Assembly (NCBI GenBank): GCA_035693225.1
Contig: DASSGV010000086.1
Coordinates: 1,335 to 65,334, forward strand
Source of the DNA: Gemmatimonadales bacterium
Lineage (GTDB): Bacteria; Gemmatimonadota; Gemmatimonadetes; Gemmatimonadales; GWC2-71-9
Length of the DNA stretch: 64,000 bases
Direction of reading: 5' to 3'
Shown here piece after piece: positions 56,943 to 64,000 of this stretch. Position 1 is the first letter of the stretch. Each line of letters begins with the position of its first letter. The notes beneath the pieces are model-generated. The model searched no databases. It saw only the letters and a program-made list of their open reading frames with translations, and had not been told where the DNA came from. The position numbers and the translations under genes were made by a program.

Positions 56943-58421
56943 TTATTTGAGGAGGAAGATGAGGACGGCGATGACGACCACGACGCCGATGATCGCCGGA
57001 ACGAGCCACTTGGGGCTCCCACTCCCCGCAGGCTTGGCGGCGGGCTTGGGTGCGGCGGCCGCAGGGGCGGCCGCCCTCGGCGCAGCAGCAGCGGCGGCGG
57101 GCTTCGGCTTGGCCATCGGCTCGGTGGTGCGTGGTGCGGCCGCAGGGGCTGCCGCGGCAGCAGCCGCGGGCTTGGGCGTGGCGGCCGCAGGGGCGGCCGC
57201 CCTCGGCGCCAGCACCGCGACGGCCTGGAGCATCTTGGTGCTCCCGCCCTTCTCGACCCCCGCACCTTCGTCCTTCGGGTCGAAGATGACAGATGCATCG
57301 CCGAAGCGGAGCGTGGCCCCGGGGGTGATCGGTGCTTCCCCCTCGACCCGCTCCCCGTCGACGAACGACCCGTTGGTGGAGCCCAGGTCGACCAGGACCC
57401 ACACCCCTTCCCGCCGCTGCAGCTTGGCGTGCTGGGTGCTGACGCTCTCCTCGGCCAGCACCACGTCGTTGTACTCCGCCCGACCGATGTTGACCACCGG
57501 CACGCGGATCGCGACCCGCTCACCCTTGCGGGCACCGCTGCGAATGAGCAGAGACGCGAGCGGCCCCGGTGCCGGGGCCGCCGCGGCGGCCGCTCCGGAG
57601 GGCGCGCCATGCATCGTGTCGTTCAATCGCTGGCGCGCCCCCGGAGGGGGCGCGGATACCGGCTGGGCGGCGGGAGCGGCGGGCGGCATCGGTGGCGCCG
57701 GCGCCGCGGCCGGGGCCGCACTCGCGGGAGGTGGCGGCGCCGGCTGACCGCCGCCCGGAGGCTGGTCGGCATAGAAGCGGAAATCATCCTCACCGACCCG
57801 GATCACGTCGGCGCGAGCCAGGAGCCGCTGGCCCGCGATCTTCTCGCCGTTGACCTGCACTCCGTTGGTGCTGTGGTCGATCAGCAAGTACCCATTGGGC
57901 GAGGTCATGATCTCGGCGTGCTTCCGGGAGACGTTCTTGCTCTCGACCACGACATCGCAGCTCGCGTCGCGACCGAGGACAAGGGATCCCTTGCTGATGG
58001 CGTACTCCCGGCCGTCGGTCAGGGAGACCAGCCGCCCGTTGACGAGCCCCGCCGTGGGCTTGGCCTTGCCACCCTTCTTCATCCCGGCGACCGCGTTGGC
58101 CAGATCGGAGGCGCTCACGTACTGGGTGCTGCCGCTCCGCTGCGGGTCCACCACCAGCATTTCGTGGGACCCGACCTTGAGCTTGTCGCCGTGGAGGACC
58201 GGATGCGGGTCGCTGGCGACCTTGACCCCGTTGAGCGAAAGCTCCGCCCCGGCCGCCACCAGGCGCACCGACACCGAACCATCCGCCGCGCTGTTGAGGA
58301 CGGCGTGGCGGGGCTGGATCCCGGCCCCGGCCACGGTGATGGCCAGACCGGGGTCACTGCCGATCACCGCTTCAGGGGCCGGGATCGGGTACTTCTGACC
58401 ACCGAACTCAAGCTGCAGCAT
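56943..58421 (-). CDS. triple-FHA-domain protein with Ala/Pro-rich linker and C-terminal TM anchor
   Basis: Three FHA cores (VIGSD..RHAVL..NG, LGRD..VSRKHAEI..STNGVQVNG, IGRA..VSTQHAKL..STNGSFVDG), then (PAAAAAA)n low complexity, then WLVPAIIGVVVVIAVLIFLLK. Confidence 0.88.
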   Translation of the reverse strand: MLQLEFGGQKYPIPAPEAVIGSDPGLAITVAGAGIQPRHAVLNSAADGSVSVRLVAAGAELSLNGVKVASDPHPVLHGDKLKVGSHEMLVVDPQRSGSTQYVSASDLANAVAGMKKGGKAKPTAGLVNGRLVSLTDGREYAISKGSLVLGRDASCDVVVESKNVSRKHAEIMTSPNGYLLIDHSTNGVQVNGEKIAGQRLLARADVIRVGEDDFRFYADQPPGGGQPAPPPPASAAPAAAPAPPMPPAAPAAQPVSAPPPGARQRLNDTMHGAPSGAAAAAAPAPGPLASLLIRSGARKGERVAIRVPVVNIGRAEYNDVVLAEESVSTQHAKLQRREGVWVLVDLGSTNGSFVDGERVEGEAPITPGATLRFGDASVIFDPKDEGAGVEKGGSTKMLQAVAVLAPRAAAPAAATPKPAAAAAAAPAAAPRTTEPMAKPKPAAAAAAPRAAAPAAAAPKPAAKPAGSGSPKWLVPAIIGVVVVIAVLIFLLK

Positions 58422-58553
58422 GGACCTGTCCCGGGGAAGATCAATGAAGGGGGAAAGCTACCGCGGCCCCTTCTACGTGCGCAAGCGAGGTGCAAATACC
58501 TCTGGATCGCGTCATTCTCACGCCATTCCGGCAGGGCGGCACGGGCCCCGATC

Positions 58554-60338
58554 CTATGCCGCCCCCGCCGCCGAGGCGATCTGGAGACGGTAGAGCCGCT
58601 CATAGAGGCCGCCGGCGGCGAGCAGTTCGCGGTGGCTTCCGCGCTCCTTCACTTCGCCGTGGTGGAGCACCAGGATCTCGTCGGCGTGGAGGATGGTGCT
58701 CAGCCGGTGCGCCACCACGATCGACGTCCGCCCCGCCATCAGCTCCGCCATTGCCCGCTGGATCAGCGCCTCCGACTCGGCGTCGACGGAGCTCGTGGCC
58801 TCGTCGAGGAGGAGGATGGCGGGGTCGAGCGCCAGCGCCCGCGCAAAGCTCAGCAGCTGCCGCTCCCCCACGCTCAGGCTCCGCCCCCGCTCTCCCAGCA
58901 CGTGCCCATATCCCGTCGGCAGGCGTTCGATGAACCGCTCCGCCCCGACGCGCCGTGCCGCTTCTCGCGCCCGTTCTTCCGTCACGCCGGTATCGAGGAC
59001 CAGGTTCCGGAGGACATCGCCAGTAAAGAGGAAGAGGTCCTGCTGCACGAATCCGATCAGCCGGCGAAGCTCGCCGAGGTCGAGTTCGCGGATGTCCACG
59101 CCGTCGACCGTCACCCGCCCCTCGGTCACGTCGTAGAAGCGGAGCAGGAGGCTCACGATCGTCGTCTTCCCCGCCCCGGTGTAGCCGACCAGGGCCAGGG
59201 TGCGGCCGGGGCTCGCCGTGAAGCTCACGTCCCGGAGCACCCAGGGACCGTCGGGGGAGTAGCGGAAGGAGACGTGCTCGAAGCGCACCTCTCCCCGCAC
59301 CGGCCTGGGGAGCCGCCGTGGGGCGGCCGGCGCCGGCACCGTGATCGGCTGGTCGAGGAGGGTGAAGATCCGCTCCGAGGAGGCCATCGCGCTCTGCAGA
59401 AGGTTGAACTTCTCCGACAGGTCCTGCAGCGGCTGGAAGAAGCGGCGGGTGAGCTGGATGAACGCCGCGAGCACGCCGACGGTGAGGCTCCCCCCCAGCG
59501 ACCGGAGCCCGCCGTACCAGAGCAGGAGGGCCACCGCCACCGACGCGAGCACTTCCATGATCGGCAGGAAGACGGCGTAGATCGTGATCGACCGGAGGTG
59601 AGCCTCCAGGTGATCTTCGTTGGCCTTGTCGAAGCGATCCCAGGTGGCCTGCTCCTGGCCGAAGAGCTGCACCACGCGCATCCCGGTCAGGTGCTCGGTG
59701 AGGAACGAGTTGAGCCGGGCCAGGCGGGTACGGATGTCGCGAAAGGCCTGACGGACGTGGCGCCGGAAGACGATGGCCACGACGAGGACCACCGGCATCA
59801 CGGCGAACGTGACCAGCGCCAGCTGCCAGTCCATCGCCAGCATCAGGATCATGATCGCCGCGAGCGTCATCACGTCGCCGATGACGGTGACGAACCCCGA
59901 CGAGAGCAGGTCGTTGAGCGTCTCGACGTCGCTGGTGACGCGGGTGAGGAGCCGACCCACCGGATTGCGGTCGAAGTACGGGATGCTCAGGCGCTGCAGG
60001 TGGCCGAAGATCTGGCGCCGCAGGTCGTCCATCACCCGCTGCCCGATGAGCGTGGTGAGGTAGGCGCCGCCGAAGTCGGCGCCGAAGCTCAGGGCCAGTG
60101 CCGCGACGAACACCCCGGCCAGCGTCAGCAGGAGCCCGCTGTCCCCGGCGGGGATCGCCACGTCGATGGCGCGCTTGGTGAGCTCCGGCCCCACCAGCGC
60201 GAGCGCGGCCTCCACCGCCAGGAGCGAGAGCGCCGCGGCGACCAGCCAGCGGTACGGGGCCAGGTAGCGCACCAGCCGCTTGAAGAGCGCCGAGTCGTAC
60301 CCGGCCTGGAGTGCGTCCTCCGAAATGCCGCCGCTCAC
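58554..60338 (-). CDS. ABC exporter, fused permease/ATPase (MsbA/ABCB-like)
   Basis: Six-TM ABC_membrane domain plus an NBD (GYTGAGKTT, LSVGERQ, LLLDEATS). GTG 60338 overlaps the upstream stop (GTGA). The ORF extension to 60710 lies inside the upstream gene. Confidence 0.9.
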   Translation of the reverse strand: MSGGISEDALQAGYDSALFKRLVRYLAPYRWLVAAALSLLAVEAALALVGPELTKRAIDVAIPAGDSGLLLTLAGVFVAALALSFGADFGGAYLTTLIGQRVMDDLRRQIFGHLQRLSIPYFDRNPVGRLLTRVTSDVETLNDLLSSGFVTVIGDVMTLAAIMILMLAMDWQLALVTFAVMPVVLVVAIVFRRHVRQAFRDIRTRLARLNSFLTEHLTGMRVVQLFGQEQATWDRFDKANEDHLEAHLRSITIYAVFLPIMEVLASVAVALLLWYGGLRSLGGSLTVGVLAAFIQLTRRFFQPLQDLSEKFNLLQSAMASSERIFTLLDQPITVPAPAAPRRLPRPVRGEVRFEHVSFRYSPDGPWVLRDVSFTASPGRTLALVGYTGAGKTTIVSLLLRFYDVTEGRVTVDGVDIRELDLGELRRLIGFVQQDLFLFTGDVLRNLVLDTGVTEERAREAARRVGAERFIERLPTGYGHVLGERGRSLSVGERQLLSFARALALDPAILLLDEATSSVDAESEALIQRAMAELMAGRTSIVVAHRLSTILHADEILVLHHGEVKERGSHRELLAAGGLYERLYRLQIASAAGAA

Positions 60339-61417
60339 GTGGCGCCCACCGCCGCGGTCCCGTCGGCATCGATGCTGCGGAGGCCCTGCCGGACCCAGTT
60401 GGAGAAGACCAGGAACCCGAAGGCCAGCGTGTAGTAGCTGAGTGTCAGGCGCCAGAGCAGCGTGTAGAGCGGGAGCGAGGTGCGCGGCACGTATCCCGCC
60501 GCCATCACCGCCGCGGAGAGGAGCTCGGCGATCCCAGACCCGCCGGGCGTCGGCGCGAAGTAGAGCAGAAATGTGATGAGCGTCTGCAGCAGGAGCACGT
60601 CGACGAAGTTGGCTTCGACCCCGATGGCCCGGAGCGCCACATACCCGGCCAGGAGCTTGTTGGCGTGGGAGGGCGCCGAGAGGAGCGTGGCCCACAGGAG
60701 CGAGACCCACCCACGCGGAGTGTTGAACCGGAGCAGGCTCGTGTGGGCCTCATCGATGCCGGCGCCCAGGCGATCCAGCCGCTCGGCCACCCGCGGGTGC
60801 CGGCGTCCGGCCCAGCGGGTGAGCCGATGGATGATGTCCCGGGCGACCCCCGGGAACACCATCACGGCGACCATCACCACTCCGAGCCCCGCGAAGATCC
60901 CGAGGCTGCCGAGGAAGAGGTCGTAGAGCGAAAGGCCGAGGACGTCGCCCTGGGTGCCGAGGGCCTTGCCGGCGCCGAGGACGATGGCGAGCGGGCCCGC
61001 GATGGCAAAGAACGCGACCGTGGCGACGAAGGTCATCAGCGTCGAGGTCATCGCGACCGGGACCGGGACGCCGCTGCGCTTCATCGTGTAGATCATCATC
61101 GGTCCCGCACCCGACTGGACCGGCGTCAGGTACGCGGCCCAGGCGCTCATCCCCCCCGCCAGGATCATTCCGCTGAGCGGCGGCTCCGGATGCACCTGGC
61201 GGGTCACCACCCAGAGCCGGAGTCCCCCGCCGATCCAGTCCATCGACGCCAGACAGAGGCCGATGAACACCCACACCCAATGGACCTGCCCCACCGAGGC
61301 GAGGAAGGCGGGGAGGTTGTTCCCGTAGAGGAGCACCGCGCCGAATCCCGCGAGGGAGATGACGGCGAAGAGTTCGAACCCGCGGCGGAGGAGGGTGGGT
61401 GAAAGGGTTCTGGACAT
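60335..61417 (-). CDS. flippase-like membrane protein (LPG_synthase_TM / UPF0104 family, PF03706-like)
   Basis: Polytopic protein with PTPGGSGIAEL, the family's P-x-GG-x-G-x-E motif. ATG 61417 (MSRTLSPTLLRRGFELF); a TTG at 61456 is possible. Confidence 0.8.
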   Translation of the reverse strand: MSRTLSPTLLRRGFELFAVISLAGFGAVLLYGNNLPAFLASVGQVHWVWVFIGLCLASMDWIGGGLRLWVVTRQVHPEPPLSGMILAGGMSAWAAYLTPVQSGAGPMMIYTMKRSGVPVPVAMTSTLMTFVATVAFFAIAGPLAIVLGAGKALGTQGDVLGLSLYDLFLGSLGIFAGLGVVMVAVMVFPGVARDIIHRLTRWAGRRHPRVAERLDRLGAGIDEAHTSLLRFNTPRGWVSLLWATLLSAPSHANKLLAGYVALRAIGVEANFVDVLLLQTLITFLLYFAPTPGGSGIAELLSAAVMAAGYVPRTSLPLYTLLWRLTLSYYTLAFGFLVFSNWVRQGLRSIDADGTAAVGAT

Positions 61418-61456
61418 GTCGGGCGAAACGTACCGGGAGGGAGCGGGGCGGGTCAA

Positions 61457-62036
61457 CGAGTGGTGAGTGGTGAGTGGCGAGAGGCGAGTGGCGAGTGGTG
61501 AGTGGCGGGTGGCGGGTGGCGGGTGACGAGGGGTAAGGCGTGCGCCAATGAACTGTCATCCCGACCCCGAGCGGCGCGAGGGGGAGGGGCCTTCTCCGCT
61601 GGCCCTCGAACTGGACGACAGTGATTAGTGCGAGTGGCGAGTGGCGAGAGGCGAGGGGTAGGGGGTGCACCAATGAACTGTCATCCCGACCCCGAGCAGC
61701 GCGAGGGGGAGGGACCTTCTCCACTGGCCCCCGAACTGGGCGACAGTGATTAGTGCGAGTGGCGAGAGGCGAGAGGCGAGTGGCGAGGGGCGAGGGGTAG
61801 GGAGTGCGCCAATGAACTGTCATCCCGACCCCGAGTAGCGCGAGGGGGAGGGACCTTCTCCGCTGGCCCCGGATCGGGCGGCACCGGTCCGATGTTGACG
61901 GACAAGGTCCCTCGGTCGGCGCTGCCTCCCTCGGGATGACAGCACATTGTAAGCACGGCCCCCGCGACTCACGCCCACGACCCACTCACCACTAACCACT
62001 CTCCACTCGCCACTCGCCACCAACCACCCGCCACCC
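61457..62036. repeat. composite repeat: GCGAGTGG/GCGGGTGG word arrays + 3 tandem MITE-like half units + closing MITE end + complementary CCACTCGC word array
   Basis: ccaatgaactgtcatcccgaccccgag recurs at 61545, 61670 and 61809 (periods 125 and 139). The closing end ggtccctcggtcggcgctgcctccctcgggatgacag finishes at 61942. The right array 61966-62036 is made of the reverse complements of the left-array words. Confidence 0.85.
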
Positions 62037-62055
62037 AATTATTCTTCCCCCTGCA

Positions 62056-64000
62056 ATGCACCGCTCTTCCATCCGCATCGTCAACGCCCGCCAGCACAAC
62101 CTGCGCGGCATCACGGTCGACCTGCCCCACCGCGCGCTCATCGCGATCACGGGTCCATCGGGTTCCGGGAAGAGCTCGCTCGCCTTCGACACCCTCTACG
62201 CCGAAGGACAGCGGCGCTACATCGAGTCGCTCTCCACCTACGCCAAGCAGTTCCTCGACCGGATGCCCAAGCCGCTGGTCGACCACATCGAGGGGATCGC
62301 CCCCGCGGTCGCCATCGAGCAGCGCAATCCGACCACGTCGAGCCGCTCCACGGTCGGGACGGCGACCGAGATCTACGACCACCTCCGGCTCCTCTGGGCC
62401 CGGGTCGGCATCCAGATCTGCCGCAACTGCGGTGGTCGAGTGCGCCGCGACAACCCCGAAGTGGCCACCGATCAACTCCTCGCTCGCGCGTCAGGGCGCC
62501 TCCAGGTGGCGTTCCCCCTCCCCGCCTCGACCCGGAGCGATCACCACCTCGTCATCGATAACCTGCGCGCGCTCGGCTTCGTGCGGCTCCTGGTCGATGC
62601 CCGGCCGCTCCACCTCGACGAACTCCCCGCCGACACCGACCTGACCAAGGCCGGTGAGGTGCTGGTGATCGTCGACCGACTGACGGCGGAGCCCGCGGCG
62701 CGGGGCCGCATCGTCGACGCGATCGCCACTGCATTCTCGGAAGGGGAAGGTGTCGCCCTCGCCCTCTTCGAGGGCCCCGCCGGCACGGAGCGGATGCGCT
62801 TTTCCGAATTCCCCTCGTGCAGCGTGTGCGATACCCCCGCCGCCACCCTCACGCCGGCGCTCTTTTCGTTCAACAACCCCCGCGGCGCCTGCGCCGGATG
62901 CAAGGGATTCGGCGCGGTGCTCGAGTACGACGAATCGCTCGTCATCCCCGACCCGAAGCGTTCGATCGCCGAAGGCGCCATCGATCCCTGGACCAAGCCG
63001 CGCTACGAGACCCGCCGGAAGCTCCTTCACGACGCCGCCCGGAAGCTCGGCGCTTTGACGGACGTGCCGTGGGGCAAGCTCAAGAAGACCGTCCAGCGGG
63101 AGCTGCTCTATGGCAAGGTGGGGCGCTTCATCGGGATCTTCCCCTTCCTCAAGGGACTCGAGGAGAAACGCTACAAGCAGTACATCCGTGTCTTCCTGCG
63201 GCAGTACCAGCTCGCCAGGACCTGTCCGGTATGCGGCGGCTCCCGCCTCAACGCCGATGCCCTGGCGGTGCAGGTCGCGGGAGAGACCATCGCCGCGGTG
63301 GCGGCGTGGCCGGTGGACCAGCTCGCCACCTGGGTCGACGGGCTCGCCCTCGGCGAATTCGAGCAGCAGATCGCGCAGCTGATCGTGGCCCAGCTCCGCT
63401 CCCGGGTCTCCTTCCTCCGCGACGTGGGACTCGGCTACCTGACCCTCGACCGCCAGACCCGCACCCTCTCCGGCGGCGAGGCCCAGCGCATCTCCCTGTC
63501 CAACGCCCTCGGCTCCGAACTGGTGGACACGTTGTACGTCCTCGACGAACCGTCCATCGGTCTCCACCCCCGCGACATCGACCGCCTCCTCGGTCTCCTC
63601 GACCGGTTGCGCGACCTCGGCAACACCGTGGTCGTGGTGGAACACGACATGGCGGCGATCGCCAAGGCCGACTGGATGGTGGAGCTCGGCCCCGGCGCCG
63701 GGGAACATGGCGGGCAACTGGTCTACGCAGGTCCCGCCTCCGGCGCCGGGAACTCGCTCACCGGACAGTACCTCTCGGGGCGGAAGCGGATCGCGGTACC
63801 GAGCGTGCGGCGGAAGGCCGGCCCGGGATGGCTCCGGATCCGCGGCGCCGCGCTCCACAACCTCCGCGGCGCCGATGCCGACATCCCCCTCGGCACACTC
63901 ACCGTGGTCACGGGCGTCTCCGGCTCGGGCAAGAGCACCCTCGTGCACGACGTCCTGTATCGGCGGCTCGAGGAAAAGCTGCACGGCGCCCACTCCGCCA
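62056..64000 (+). CDS. uvrA: excinuclease ABC subunit A (UvrA family), 3' end outside window
   Basis: Hand translation from ATG 62056: MHRSSIRIVNARQHNLRGITVDLPHRALIAITGPSGSGKSSLAFDTLYAEGQRRYIESLS, FSFNNPRGACAGCKGFG, LSGGEAQRI, second Walker A GVSGSGKSTL. It is absent from the ORF track because there is no stop before the window end. Confidence 0.92.
   Translation, partial: MHRSSIRIVNARQHNLRGITVDLPHRALIAITGPSGSGKSSLAFDTLYAEGQRRYIESLSTYAKQFLDRMPKPLVDHIEGIAPAVAIEQRNPTTSSRSTVGTATEIYDHLRLLWARVGIQICRNCGGRVRRDNPEVATDQLLARASGRLQVAFPLPASTRSDHHLVIDNLRALGFVRLLVDARPLHLDELPADTDLTKAGEVLVIVDRLTAEPAARGRIVDAIATAFSEGEGVALALFEGPAGTERMRFSEFPSCSVCDTPAATLTPALFSFNNPRGACAGCKGFGAVLEYDESLVIPDPKRSIAEGAIDPWTKPRYETRRKLLHDAARKLGALTDVPWGKLKKTVQRELLYGKVGRFIGIFPFLKGLEEKRYKQYIRVFLRQYQLARTCPVCGGSRLNADALAVQVAGETIAAVAAWPVDQLATWVDGLALGEFEQQIAQLIVAQLRSRVSFLRDVGLGYLTLDRQTRTLSGGEAQRISLSNALGSELVDTLYVLDEPSIGLHPRDIDRLLGLLDRLRDLGNTVVVVEHDMAAIAKADWMVELGPGAGEHGGQLVYAGPASGAGNSLTGQYLSGRKRIAVPSVRRKAGPGWLRIRGAALHNLRGADADIPLGTLTVVTGVSGSGKSTLVHDVLYRRLEEKLHGAHSA

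Noticed and set aside
57429-60434. 1001-aa plus-strand ORF
   Set aside because: It is antisense to the FHA and ABC-exporter genes, which carry clear motifs. Its translation is Arg/Gly/Pro/His-rich low complexity, typical of shadow ORFs in ~70% GC DNA.
60750-61985. 411-aa minus-strand ORF running from the repeat region into the flippase-like gene
   Set aside because: Its N-terminal half merely translates the tandem repeats and word arrays (SPLATRHSPLA...). Its C-terminal half is an alternative frame of the real membrane-protein gene.
61457-62036. Possible CRISPR array (also considered for 14447-14660 and 47221-47390)
   Set aside because: The repeats are degenerate 7-8-nt words or ~125-bp units without unique spacers of constant length. 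The repeat-unit structure is a palindromic MITE, and there are no cas genes in the window.
62491-63993. 500-aa minus-strand ORF
   Set aside because: It is antisense to uvrA. The uvrA frame is absent from the ORF track only because it has no stop before the window end.

Overview
High-GC bacterial chromosome segment (about 68-70% GC on hand-counted 60-nt samples). The gene content suggests a Gemmatimonadota/Acidobacteriota-like organism: ADOP orphan permeases, BatA-N/DUF58, SurA-PdxA, FtsEX plus an M23 activator, TypA, LepA, Mfd, UvrA, MaeB and PckA. I call 51 protein-coding features (one of them a probable antitoxin remnant, typed pseudogene) and one tRNA-Ile(GAT). Many supplied ORFs are antisense shadow ORFs or N-terminally over-extended, so several starts were re-set by hand from gene junctions (ATGA/GTGA/TGATG overlaps) and homologue N-termini.

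Six things stand out:
- (1) Two Avd/23S-rRNA-IVS-family four-helix-bundle genes (19132..19518 and 47457..47807). Each lies in the loop of a long imperfect inverted repeat whose arms are tandem 7-8-nt words, and the words differ between the two loci.
- (2) The same word-array architecture recurs at many gene ends. The payload is empty, MITE-like 'GTCATCCCGA' elements, or apparently a 6.8-kb low-GC island. Flanking-gene stop codons lie inside or directly before the first words.
- (3) A diverged GHKL-kinase-like plus STAS-like (DUF4325) pair is translationally chained to three sugar/LPS genes.
- (4) A low-GC accessory island (~49.3-56.1 kb) carries secreted lipoproteins, toxin-antitoxin remnants, a serine hydrolase, a recurring terminator hairpin and a pyrimidine-rich leader motif.
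- (5) The 3' half of tRNA-Ile plus its terminator is duplicated.
- (6) There is a hyper-acidic 92-aa ORF, a triple-FHA/PP2C pair and a BIME-like palindrome cluster.

No CRISPR array, rRNA, integrase, transposase or reverse transcriptase was seen. All family assignments come from motif reading only; no database search was possible.
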